Source of the DNA: Myxococcota bacterium
GTDB lineage: Bacteria > Myxococcota > Myxococcia > Myxococcales > Myxococcaceae
DNA length: 34,165 nt
Assembly (NCBI GenBank): GCA_049322255.1
Contig: JBMORE010000020.1
Coordinates: forward strand, 1 to 34,165
Reading direction: 5' to 3'
Each line of letters begins with the position of its first letter. Within the stretch, counting starts at the first letter, position 1. Shown here in pieces: positions 1-8,620 of the stretch. Below the pieces are notes generated by a model. The model was not told where the DNA came from and did not search any database. It saw only the letters and a program-made list of their open reading frames with translations. The translations under genes and the position numbers were made by a program.

Positions 1-3000
1 GGCCGAACAGCCGCAGCCGACGCGGAGATGGAGAGGGGTCAAAGCGCCGCCGTCCGCAGTGGTTCCCCCATCGACTTCGGAGCCTCCATCGTTCGCTGTT
101 CCTCCGTCGGGCGGAGTTCCTCCGTCGACCGCTGCGCTGATGCCTCGGGTGAAAAAGTCGGGCTCGGCCTCGGAGTTGCCGCCGAAGGAAACCCAGCGGC
201 CGTACTGGGTACTCACAGGATCCACCACTCTCGCCCGCCAGCGGTACCCAGCGTCAGGCACAAGCCCGGAGACGGTGACCGATGCGAGCTGCCCGCCGAT
301 GACCGGAGTGGAGCGCGCCGTTCCCGTTCCGTCGAAGGCGGCGCCGACACGCTTGGGCTCCACTTCCAAACGCAGCCGGCCACCGACGCTCCAGGCCTGG
401 GGAGCAAGCCCCTGAGCGACGAAAGAGTTGCCGTTGACGTTTCCACCCACACCGAGGTGTGTCACGCCGTCGGCCTGGAATTGTCGCAATCCTCGGTCGA
501 GGCCTGGAAGGTCGCTGTCTCCACCCAGGTACAAATAGGCGCGGCCCTCGTCCGCCATCGAGCCGTTCCAACCGTTGGCGCCTATCAGCACATCGGCAAA
601 GCCGTCGCCGTTGACGTCACCCGCTCCCGCGACGGAGACGCCGAAGCCAGAGCTCGTCTGGTCCGTCGGGTCGGCCGTCCAGGCGGGGGTGGGGGAGAGC
701 CCGCTGGGGTTGCCCAGGTACACGTAAGCCTGGCCCTCGTTCGTCGCCTGGCTGTCCCACAGGTGGGCGCCCACCACCACGTCGCCAAAGCCATCGGCGT
801 TCACGTCACCCGCTCCCGCGACGAAGACTCCAAAAAAGGCGTCGACCTGGTCGGTTGGGTCGGCCGTCCACGCGGGAGTGGAAGACAGGCCGGAGGCGCC
901 CCCCAGGTACAAATAGGCCCGGCCCTCACGCGAGGCTTGGCCGTCCCAGAAGTAGGCGCCCACCACCACGTCGCCAAAGCCATCGCCGTTCACGTCACCG
1001 GCTGCGGCGATGGAGACGCCGAATTGTGCGCCTGCTTGGTTCGTGGGGTCTGCGGTCCACGATGGTGTGGCAGAAAGGCCGGTGGCGTTGCCCAAGAAGA
1101 CGTAGGCACGCCCCTCAGTGGTCGCCTGGTCGCGCCAGTTGTGTGCGCCCACTCCTACGTCGGCATAACCGTCGCCATTGACATCTCCAACGCCAGCGAG
1201 GGCGAAGAAACCGAAGTGAGCCGCGTTCTGGTCGGTGGGGTCGGCAGTCCAGGCGGGAGTAGGCGACAACCCGGCTGCGCTGCCCAGGAACAAGTAGACG
1301 CGTCCTTCGTTGATTTGCTCGCCATCCCAATCGTGGGCCGCCACCACCACGTCGGCATAGCCGTCACCATTGACGTCGCCTGCCCCCGCGACAGCGCCAC
1401 CGAAAACGGAGAAAGCCTGGTCGGTCGGGTCTGCCGTCCACGCGGGTGTCGAGGACAGGCCGGTGGGGCTGCCAAGAAAGAGGTACGCGCGGCCTTCCTC
1501 TCCGTTCGGTCCGCCCCAACCGTGGGCTCCCACCACCACGTCGGCATAGCCGTCACCGTTGACATCGCCTGCGCTGGCGACGGAGTGCCCGAACTCGGCG
1601 CCCGCTTGGTCTGTGGGGTCGGCGGTCCATGTCGGCGTGGTGGACAAGCCGATGGCGGAGCCGAGGAAGAGGTAGACGCGCCCCTCGTCTCCCGCCTGGG
1701 TACCGTCCCAAAGAGGCGCGCCCACCACTACATCGGAATAACCGTCGCCGTTGACGTCACCTGCGCTCGCCACCGAGAACCCAAACTCCGCCGAGATTTG
1801 GTCCGCTGGGTCTGCTGCCCAGGTAGGAGTGGAGGACAAGCCCGTGGCGCTGCCCAGGTATGCGTACGCGCGGCCCTCGTTGGTCCCCTGTCCGCTCCAG
1901 CGGAATGCGCCTACCACCACATCGCCAAAGCCGTCTCCGTTGACGTCGCCGGCGCCGGCAAGGGAGTTACCGAAGAATGCATTCGGTTGGTTGGTTGGGG
2001 TTGCACTCCAAGTCGGCGTGGAAGCCAACCCGATGGCGCTGCCCAAATACAAGAAGGCACTGCCTTCGTTCGCTTCGGGGTCATCCAAATTGCTCGCGCC
2101 CACCACCACGTCGGCAAATCCGTCGCCGTTGACATCGCCCGCTCCCGCGATCGAGGACCCGAAGTACGCGCTGATTTGGTCGGTCGGGTCCGCTGTCCAA
2201 GTGGGCGTCATGGACAAGCCGGCGGCGCTTCCCAGATACAAGTAGGCACGACCCTCCAGCGTCGCTTGGCCGTTCCAACCAAAAGCTCCAACCACTACAT
2301 CGCCGTAGTCGTCTCCGTTGACGTCACCAACTCCTGCGATGGAGTACCCGAAGTACGCGTTGATTTGGTCAGTCGGGTCTACGGTCCAGTCCGGCACCGA
2401 GGACAACCCCGAAGCGCTCCCGAGGTAGAGGTAGGCGCGACCTTCGATTGCTTCTTGTCCAGACCAGGAAGGAGCACCCAGAAGGAGGTCCCCGTAGCCA
2501 TCTGCGTTCACGTCGCCCGCCCGAGCGACGGCGATGTCTTGGCCCGCGTTGGCTTGGTCCGTCGGGTCTGCCGTCCACACCGGCGTCGACGACAGCCCAG
2601 TGGCGCTGCCCAGGTAGAGGTAGACACGGCCTTCGTTTACCGCCTGACCGTCCCACAGCTCGGCACCCACGACGACGTCCCCATAGCCGTCACCGTTCAC
2701 GTCACCCGCTCCAGCGACGGAGTGGCCGAACTCAGCACCCGCTTGGTCAGTTGGGTCCGCGGTCCACGCGGGAGAGGAGGACAGGCCGGCGGCGGTGCCG
2801 AGAAACAGGTACGCGCGCCCCTCGTTCCCCGCCTGGGTGCCGTCCCAAAGAGGCGCGCCCACCACCACGTCGCCATAACCATCGCCGTTGACGTCTCCCG
2901 CCCCGGCGACGGAGTACCCGAAGGAGGCAGTCTGGTTCGTGGGGTCGGCGGCTGTCCACGCCGGCGTGGCGGACAAGCCGGCGGCGCTGCCCAAGTAAAG

Positions 3001-3744
3001 ATATGCTCGGCCTTCGCCGAAAGCGCCCACCACCACGTCGGCGTAGCCGTCGCCGTTGATGTCCCCGGCACTCGCAACGGAGTACCCGAAGTTGGCACCT
3101 GCTTGATCCGTCGGGTCCACCGTCCAGCTCGCCGTGGACAGCAGCGGGTCGATGGTCACGGGGAAGTCCGCCCGTGCCAGCTCCTCGCCGTCCAACCGTA
3201 AGGCCAGCTTTCGCGAGGAGTCATCCCACTCCATCCGGGCGTGCAGGCGCCTTCCGCGGGCGTCGTACGCGGCGAGGTGGGTGTACCGCAGCTGACCGAA
3301 GGCGAGCCCATCCTCCAACCTCGTCACAGCTCCTGGGCCCTCCACCTGCGCGGAGAGCACCAAGTCGCCTTGGGGACGTCGGGGCACTTCGAAGCCCTGC
3401 TCCACCCCGTGCGCATTGGCCTGGTACCACTCGACGATGCCGCCGGCGCGACGGTATTGCACCCGGTGGCCTTCGACCGTGGGCGCTTCGCCGCCGTCGC
3501 CAAAGTCGAACCGCCAACCCCCGACCTCCAGACCGTTCGTGCCCAGAAACACCTGCACCTGGGAGCTGCGGAGCGAAAACCCTCCCTCCACTGCCCGTAT
3601 CTCCACGGCCTCGGCGGGAATGGAGAGCAGCGCTTCCTGCTTCAGGGGGAAGAGCGCTCTATCGCCCGGCCAACTCAGCGCGAGCGCCAAGGCCGTCGCC
3701 CACAGGAACCGTCGTCTTTCCGAACCGCTCCATGCAGGCCACAT
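1..3744 (-). CDS. Large FG-GAP repeat (integrin-alpha-like beta-propeller) surface protein with a C-terminal MYXO-CTERM-type signal; 3'-partial, at least 1248 aa
   Basis: Read manually on the minus strand from ATG 3744 (MWPAWSGSERRRFLWATALALAL...). It has an N-terminal domain with VEWYQANAHGVEQGF...DFPVTIDP, 14 repeats of GD(V/I)N(G/A)DG(Y/F)xDVVVG, an Ig/FN3-like segment (LVPDAGYRWRARVV), a DGG-rich linker and RVGCGCSA at the window edge. No stop was seen in the segments translated. The start codon is uncertain. Confidence 0.9.
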   Translation of the reverse strand, partial: MWPAWSGSERRRFLWATALALALSWPGDRALFPLKQEALLSIPAEAVEIRAVEGGFSLRSSQVQVFLGTNGLEVGGWRFDFGDGGEAPTVEGHRVQYRRAGGIVEWYQANAHGVEQGFEVPRRPQGDLVLSAQVEGPGAVTRLEDGLAFGQLRYTHLAAYDARGRRLHARMEWDDSSRKLALRLDGEELARADFPVTIDPLLSTASWTVDPTDQAGANFGYSVASAGDINGDGYADVVVGAFGEGRAYLYLGSAAGLSATPAWTAADPTNQTASFGYSVAGAGDVNGDGYGDVVVGAPLWDGTQAGNEGRAYLFLGTAAGLSSSPAWTADPTDQAGAEFGHSVAGAGDVNGDGYGDVVVGAELWDGQAVNEGRVYLYLGSATGLSSTPVWTADPTDQANAGQDIAVARAGDVNADGYGDLLLGAPSWSGQEAIEGRAYLYLGSASGLSSVPDWTVDPTDQINAYFGYSIAGVGDVNGDDYGDVVVGAFGWNGQATLEGRAYLYLGSAAGLSMTPTWTADPTDQISAYFGSSIAGAGDVNGDGFADVVVGASNLDDPEANEGSAFLYLGSAIGLASTPTWSATPTNQPNAFFGNSLAGAGDVNGDGFGDVVVGAFRWSGQGTNEGRAYAYLGSATGLSSTPTWAADPADQISAEFGFSVASAGDVNGDGYSDVVVGAPLWDGTQAGDEGRVYLFLGSAIGLSTTPTWTADPTDQAGAEFGHSVASAGDVNGDGYADVVVGAHGWGGPNGEEGRAYLFLGSPTGLSSTPAWTADPTDQAFSVFGGAVAGAGDVNGDGYADVVVAAHDWDGEQINEGRVYLFLGSAAGLSPTPAWTADPTDQNAAHFGFFALAGVGDVNGDGYADVGVGAHNWRDQATTEGRAYVFLGNATGLSATPSWTADPTNQAGAQFGVSIAAAGDVNGDGFGDVVVGAYFWDGQASREGRAYLYLGGASGLSSTPAWTADPTDQVDAFFGVFVAGAGDVNADGFGDVVVGAHLWDSQATNEGQAYVYLGNPSGLSPTPAWTADPTDQTSSGFGVSVAGAGDVNGDGFADVLIGANGWNGSMADEGRAYLYLGGDSDLPGLDRGLRQFQADGVTHLGVGGNVNGNSFVAQGLAPQAWSVGGRLRLEVEPKRVGAAFDGTGTARSTPVIGGQLASVTVSGLVPDAGYRWRARVVDPVSTQYGRWVSFGGNSEAEPDFFTRGISAAVDGGTPPDGGTANDGGSEVDGGTTADGGALTPLHLRVGCGCSA
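560..3120 (-). repeat. 14 coding FG-GAP repeats, period about 190 bp
   Basis: Recurrent plus-strand motif similar to gcccaccaccacgtcg...ccgtcgccgttgacgtc near 615, 805, 995, 1180, 1375, 1560, 1755, 1940, 2130, 2320, 2510, 2700, 2890 and 3060. Confidence 0.9.
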
Positions 3745-3802
3745 CGACGGCGAAGGCTAGCAAATCGCGACGGCGGAGCGACGGAGAGGCGCGAGTCGAC
3801 AT

Positions 3803-4765
3803 CTAGTTTTTTGCGACCTCGTGCTCCGGCGCGTGCCCGTCGCCGCCCAGCCCTGCGGGGAGCGGCTGGGCATGTCCGAGCAGGTCTTCCAGCGCTCCAC
3901 TCAAGTGGGGGAAGGCGAAGGTAAACCCCGCATCGAGGGCGCGCTTGGGCACGACGCGCTGGCCGTCGAGGAGCAAGGTGGACATCTCTCCCAGGGCGAG
4001 CTCGAGGGCGAAGGCGGGAGCAGGCAGCACGGCCGGACGGTGCAGGGCGTGCGCGAGCGTCTTGGTGAAGACGCGGTTGGTGACCGGGTGGGGCGCGGTG
4101 GCGTTCACCGGACCGGCGAGCTCGCTTTTCGTCAAGAGGAAGACGAGGAGGGAGACCAGGTCGTCGCGGTGGATCCAACTCATATATTGCTCGCCCGAGC
4201 CCAGCCGGCCGCCAGCGCCCAGCTTGAAAGGAAGCAGCAGTCGACCGAGCACCCCGCCTTCGGGGTGGAGCGCGGTGCCGATGCGCGGATGCACCACGCG
4301 CACTCCGGCCTCTTTCGCCGGCGTCGCCGCTTGTTCCCATCGCTGGCAAACCTGGGCGAGAAAGTCGGTGCCGGGGGAGGCCTCTTCGGTGAGCGGCTCG
4401 TCGCCCCGCGGCCCGTAGAAGCCCACCGCCGAGGCGCTCAACAGCGTCTTCACCTTCGCGCGCGCCGCCCCCTCGGCAATGGAGCGGGTGCCCACCGCGC
4501 GGCTTTGGCGCACGCGCTCCTTGTGTTCCGCCGTCCAGCGCCTGCCAATCGGCTCGCCCGCCAGGTGCACCACTGCCTCCATGTCGTCGAGCAGTCCTTC
4601 CTCGAGAGGGAGGAAGGCGTCGAAGAAGCCGGCGCTGGCGCCCTTGGGCAGCCGAGCCCGCTGCGGATGGCGGGAGAGAACTTTCACCTCGTGTCCCTCG
4701 GCCAGAAGCCGCTGGACGAGGGCGCTGCCGATGAAGCCGGTGCCGCCGGTGATGGCGATTCTCAT
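3803..4765 (-). CDS. TIGR01777 family NAD-dependent epimerase/oxidoreductase (YfcH-like)
   Basis: MRIAITGGTGFIG Rossmann motif, VVHLAGEPI, SASAVGFYG, GGRLGSGEQYMSWIH, LLDGQRVVP. Start placed at the MRIAIT ATG (4765). Confidence 0.93.
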   Translation of the reverse strand: MRIAITGGTGFIGSALVQRLLAEGHEVKVLSRHPQRARLPKGASAGFFDAFLPLEEGLLDDMEAVVHLAGEPIGRRWTAEHKERVRQSRAVGTRSIAEGAARAKVKTLLSASAVGFYGPRGDEPLTEEASPGTDFLAQVCQRWEQAATPAKEAGVRVVHPRIGTALHPEGGVLGRLLLPFKLGAGGRLGSGEQYMSWIHRDDLVSLLVFLLTKSELAGPVNATAPHPVTNRVFTKTLAHALHRPAVLPAPAFALELALGEMSTLLLDGQRVVPKRALDAGFTFAFPHLSGALEDLLGHAQPLPAGLGGDGHAPEHEVAKN

Positions 4766-4771
4766 AGGTAT

Positions 4772-4807
4772 CCCCCTCTCCCGCTGGGACAGGGAAAGGG
4801 TAAGGGG
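4772..4807. repeat. REP-like palindromic repeat, single copy
   Basis: ccccctctcccgctgggacagggaaagggtaagggg matches the family seen at 23061-23148, 32762-32852 and 33216-33242. Confidence 0.75.
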
Positions 4808-4952
4808 CGTAGAGATAACCGAGTTCCCGTGCCCGTGCTCGATCTGAGCGAGCCAGGCATTCACCAGGCAACAGGAGCGCTTCAAGCAGGGCGGTGAACC
4901 AGCCGGGCGTTCGTTGTGAAAGCTAAAGGCCGCTGGCAGCATTTGATGTGTC

Positions 4953-5321
4953 ATGCCCGTCATTCGCGACCAATCGACCGGACTACGTTTGCCGCTGAAG
5001 TTTCCGGTCGAGCTTCGTACTCCTGTCGGCTTTCGCGCCGAGGAGCCGTCAACGTGGCCCCGGCTTGAGGGACGTTTGGAGTTCGTCGGAGGGAGGCTCC
5101 CTTACATGCCGCCTTGTGCGGACAATCAGCACCGGGTCGTGCCCGACGTCCTCTATGTGCTCAGGGTCGGCGGCGAGACGCGAGGGGCCGATGCTGCCGT
5201 CTGGCGCGAAGCAGATTGGCCGGCCACTCGAGGGACCTTCGTCTCCGTTCCCCCGGTTCTTGCCGTCGAGGTCGAAGGGGGGATGAGGGCGAACCGGAGC
5301 CAGAACGGCGTAATCTGCTAG
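4953..5321 (+). pseudogene. Uma2 (DUF820) family endonuclease, frameshifted and truncated
   Basis: GRLEFVGGRLPYMPPC, RGADAAVW and PPVLAVEV resemble Uma2 motifs. After the G6 run at 5277-5282 a plausible continuation (DEGEPE) lies in another frame, and the expected C-terminal part is missing. Confidence 0.7.
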
Positions 5322-5334
5322 GCTTGGACCCCGA

Positions 5335-5495
5335 ATGGGGCGGGGAGATTCGTTGTCGCGGCAGCTTCGGTTGATGCAGCTCCCCGAGGAGCGGCAATCC
5401 GTGGTCGTTCCTCGCGTCGCGAGAGAGTTGGGTGCTTCCGTCCGGACCGTTTATCGCGGCCTCAAGGTGCTCGAGCGCGTGGGCGTTCCCATCTC
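5335..5495 (+). pseudogene. N-terminal winged-HTH fragment of a YafY/WYL-type transcriptional regulator
   Basis: MGRGDSLSRQLRLMQL...VARELGASVRTVYRGLKVLERVGVPI matches the HTH_11 N-terminus of WYL regulators. No WYL domain follows. Confidence 0.65.
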
Positions 5496-5573
5496 CACGT
5501 CGTTCACAACCTGCTCGTTCAGTACTACTGCCGGAAGCTTCGCGAGTGGCTCAAGGCCGGCAAGAGGTCCGGC

Positions 5574-5927
5574 GCGTCCGAGGTCGAGCGGGCCATGACG
5601 GAGTACGTTGGGCAGATCTTCTCTGGAGAAGACGCCGCCGCAGCTGCCAATGCCTCGCGGTCCAAATACGGGCCCCTCACGGACCCGGAGTCCGATGGTG
5701 NNNNNNNNNNNNNNNNNNNNNNNNNNNNNNNNNNNNNNNNNNNNNNNNNNNNNNNNNNNNNNNNNNNNNNNNNNNNNNNNNNNNNNNNNNNNNNNNNNNN
5801 GCGTCCGAGGTCGAGCGGGCCATGACGGAGTACGTTGGGCAGATCTTCTCTGGAGAAGACGCCGCCGCAGCTGCCAATGCCTCGCGGTCCAAATACGGGC
5901 CCCTCACGGACCCGGAGTCCGATGGTG
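5574..5927. other. Scaffold gap (5701-5800) flanked by an exact 127-bp duplication (5574-5700 = 5801-5927); probable assembly artefact
   Basis: Identical 127 bp abuts both sides of a 100-N spacer. 127 is a common maximum k-mer size. Confidence 0.85.
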
Positions 5928-5991
5928 TGCATTGATCGTTCCCCGCTAAGCACCTATAAGGCCGCGTCCCTTTTACCCGGAGCTGTCGACG

Positions 5992-6897
5992 ATGAAGACG
6001 ACCTTGGTCGCCCTCGCAGGCACGTTGATTCTCACCGCTGGATGCAGCGCTGGCCGCAAGGCGGCATGGGAGCAAGAGCAGGACACCGGCACCAAAGTCC
6101 AGGCGGCCCAAGGGGAGACTCCCGAGGCGCACATCGCCGCGGGGGACGAGGCGTGGAAGAGCCGCGGCGACCAGAAGTCGCTCGAGGCGGCCATTGCAGC
6201 GTGGGAAAAAGCCCTGGCGCTCAAGGCCGACGACGCCGCCACCTGGGCCAAGCTCGCCCGCGCCTACTACTTCCTCGCCGACGCCCACGTGCGCAAGCAG
6301 GGCGACAAGAGCGACGCTTATCTCGCCACCTTCGAGAAGGGAGTGGCCGCAGGCGAGCGCGCCATGGCGGCTGCCAACGCCCAATTCAAGGAGGCGGTCA
6401 CTGCGGGCAAGCGCGTGGAGGAGGCGGCGGCGCTCTTGGGCGACGAGTCCATCGAGGCTGCCTACTGGTACGCCTCCTCCTTGGGCAAGTGGGCGCGCGC
6501 CAAGGGCTTTGCCACCACTTTGGGGAACAAGGACAAGATTCGTTCGGTGATGAATCGCATTCTCGAGCTCGACCCCGAAGGCAAGTTCTTCCACGCCGCG
6601 GTGCACCGTTACTTCGGCGCCTTCTACGGAGTGGCTCCGGGCTTCGCCGGCGGGGACATGGACAAATCCAAGGAGTACTTCGAGAAGTCCCTCGCCCTCG
6701 CCCCCGGCTACATCGGCACCAAGGTGCTCTTCGCCGACGTCTACGCGGTGAAGAAGCAGGACAAAGCGCTCTTCGAAAAGCTGCTCGACGAGGTGATGCA
6801 AGCGCCCGACGACGTGATTCCCGGCCTGGAGCCGGAGACGAAGAACGAAAAGGAGAAGGCCGCCGAGCTCAAGACCAAGGCGGCGGAGCTCTTCTGA
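5992..6897 (+). CDS. TRAP transporter TatT (T-component) lipoprotein, TPR-like helical protein
   Basis: Lipobox LILTAGC, helical TPR-like composition, YWYASSLGKWA and APGFAGGDMDKSKEYFEKSL. It is the first gene of the TRAP cluster and is coupled to dctP by TGATG. Confidence 0.82.
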   Translation: MKTTLVALAGTLILTAGCSAGRKAAWEQEQDTGTKVQAAQGETPEAHIAAGDEAWKSRGDQKSLEAAIAAWEKALALKADDAATWAKLARAYYFLADAHVRKQGDKSDAYLATFEKGVAAGERAMAAANAQFKEAVTAGKRVEEAAALLGDESIEAAYWYASSLGKWARAKGFATTLGNKDKIRSVMNRILELDPEGKFFHAAVHRYFGAFYGVAPGFAGGDMDKSKEYFEKSLALAPGYIGTKVLFADVYAVKKQDKALFEKLLDEVMQAPDDVIPGLEPETKNEKEKAAELKTKAAELF

Positions 6898-7898
6898 TGC
6901 CACGACTTTTCCTCCTCGCCCTCCTCGCGGCTGGCTCCGCCTTCGCCGACCCGGTGGTGGCCAAGCTGGCCACCGTCGCTCCCGATGGGACTCCCTGGTC
7001 CGAGTCCCTCAAGGCCTTCAAGGACCGGGTGGAGAAGGGCTCGGAAGGGCGCATTCGCGTCAAGCCCTACCTGGGCGGCGCGTTGGGCGACGAGAACGTC
7101 ACCGCCTCGGAGACCAAGCGCGGGGCGATTCAAATCTGGGGAGGCTCCACCGGCGCCTTGGCCACTTTGGTGCCCGAGCTGGCGCTCTTCGAGCTTCCCT
7201 ACCTCTTCCGCAGCGAGAAGGAGGCCGACCACGTCATCGACGAGGTGCTCTTCGAGGACGTGAAGAAGTTGCTCGCCTCGCGCGGGTTCGTCCTCCTCTT
7301 CTTCGCCGAGAACGGCTACCGCTCCTTTGGCACCACCTTCGGCCCGGTGAAGACGCCTGCCGCGCTCAAGGGGAAGAAGATGCGCTCCCAGGAGAGCGAC
7401 GTGCACATCGAGATGTACCGCTCCTTCGGCGCCTCTCCGGTGCCCATCGCGGTGACCGAGGTGCTCTCCTCGCTGCAGACCAAGGTGGTCGACGGCTTCG
7501 ACAACACCCCGCTCTTCACCTTCGCCGCCTCCTGGTACCAGGGGGTGACCGACTTCACCCTGGTCGACGCCATCTACCAACCGGGGATAGTGGTGGCGAA
7601 CAAGGCCTGGTTCGACAAGCTCGACCCCAAGGACCAGGCGCTGCTCCTCGCCGACGCCAAGGGGGAGGCGCAGCGCGGGCGCAAGGCGGTGCGGGAGCTG
7701 GCGCCGTTGCTCCTCGACAATTTCAAGAACGCGGGCATCAAGGTCCACCTGCTCAGCGAAGACGAGAAGAACGCCTTCGCCGCCCTGGCGGAGAAGAGCC
7801 ACGACAAGTGGCTTTCCGGTAAAGGCAAGGCGGCGGCGCCGCTGGTGAAGAAGGCCAAGGCCGCGCTCGACGCGCTCCGCAAGAACAAGAAGAAGTAG
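6897..7898 (+). CDS. dctP: TRAP transporter substrate-binding protein (DctP/TatP)
   Basis: Signal peptide, KLATVAPDGTPW, YLGGALGDE, FELPYLF, LKGKKMRS, LSSLQTKVVDG. ATG 6897 overlaps the tatT stop codon. Confidence 0.92.
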   Translation: MPRLFLLALLAAGSAFADPVVAKLATVAPDGTPWSESLKAFKDRVEKGSEGRIRVKPYLGGALGDENVTASETKRGAIQIWGGSTGALATLVPELALFELPYLFRSEKEADHVIDEVLFEDVKKLLASRGFVLLFFAENGYRSFGTTFGPVKTPAALKGKKMRSQESDVHIEMYRSFGASPVPIAVTEVLSSLQTKVVDGFDNTPLFTFAASWYQGVTDFTLVDAIYQPGIVVANKAWFDKLDPKDQALLLADAKGEAQRGRKAVRELAPLLLDNFKNAGIKVHLLSEDEKNAFAALAEKSHDKWLSGKGKAAAPLVKKAKAALDALRKNKKK

Positions 7899-7906
7899 GC
7901 GCACGC

Positions 7907-8620
7907 TTGAGCTTCCTTCGCCGGCTCGACGAGCTGTGGCTCAAGGTGGAGAAGGCCGGAGTGGTGGCCGGCTTTCTGGTGATGTCGGTGGTGGTCTTCG
8001 CCGACGTCCTCCACCGGGTGGCCGCCGACCACGCCTGGCAGACGCCGGTGAAGCTTTCGGTGGTGGCGCTCATCGCCTACGGGCTTGCGCTGGGAGCGCT
8101 GCGCACCGCTACCCAGGGCAGGATGACTTACGCGAAGGCCGCGCTGTGGGCGCTGCTTTTTCCGGCGGGCCTGTTCGGTTTCTCCTGGGCCTTCGTCCTG
8201 CTGGTGAAAGGCGGCGTCATTTGGGCACAGACGCTGGCTCTGGTGCTCACGCTGTGGGTGGGTTTCTTCGGGGCGTCCATCGCCACCCGCGAGCGCAAGC
8301 ACCTCAAAGTCGACGCGGCGGAGAGGCTCTTCTCCGGCGCGATGAAGCGCTGGGTAGGGGTGGCGGGAGACGGGTTGGCGGCGGCGGCCACGCTGGCGCT
8401 CGGGGTGCTCGCGTTCCGCTTCTGTGGTTACCACTACGGCATCTACGTGGAGACCGGCGGCGCGGGGGGTGATTTCGAAGGCCTGCCCATTCCCAAGTTC
8501 CTCGCCTTCGCGGTGCTGCCCCTCGCCTTGACCACCATGGGGCTGCGCTTTCTCGCCGACGCCTACCGGAAGGCGCGCGGGCTCACGGCAGAAACGCCAA
8601 CACCGGAGACCAAGCCGTGA
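7907..8620 (+). CDS. dctQ: TRAP transporter small permease (DctQ-like, with extra TM segments)
   Basis: Multi-TM protein with LWVGFFGASIATRERKHLKVD, located between dctP and dctM. Confidence 0.88.
   Translation: MSFLRRLDELWLKVEKAGVVAGFLVMSVVVFADVLHRVAADHAWQTPVKLSVVALIAYGLALGALRTATQGRMTYAKAALWALLFPAGLFGFSWAFVLLVKGGVIWAQTLALVLTLWVGFFGASIATRERKHLKVDAAERLFSGAMKRWVGVAGDGLAAAATLALGVLAFRFCGYHYGIYVETGGAGGDFEGLPIPKFLAFAVLPLALTTMGLRFLADAYRKARGLTAETPTPETKP

Noticed and set aside
28..3201. 1057-aa plus-strand ORF
   Set aside because: It is the antisense shadow, in the same codon register, of the FG-GAP gene. Its repeated HHHV motifs are the reverse complement of DVVV codons.
5574..5927. Apparent tandem duplication or repeat array around the N gap
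   Set aside because: An exact 127-bp overlap abutting a 100-N spacer is typical of k-mer assembly scaffolding. A real collapsed repeat cannot be fully excluded without reads.
5835..6896. 687-aa version of dctP with a long N-terminal extension
   Set aside because: The extension overlaps tatT out of frame. The signal peptide and the TGATG coupling indicate a start at 6897.
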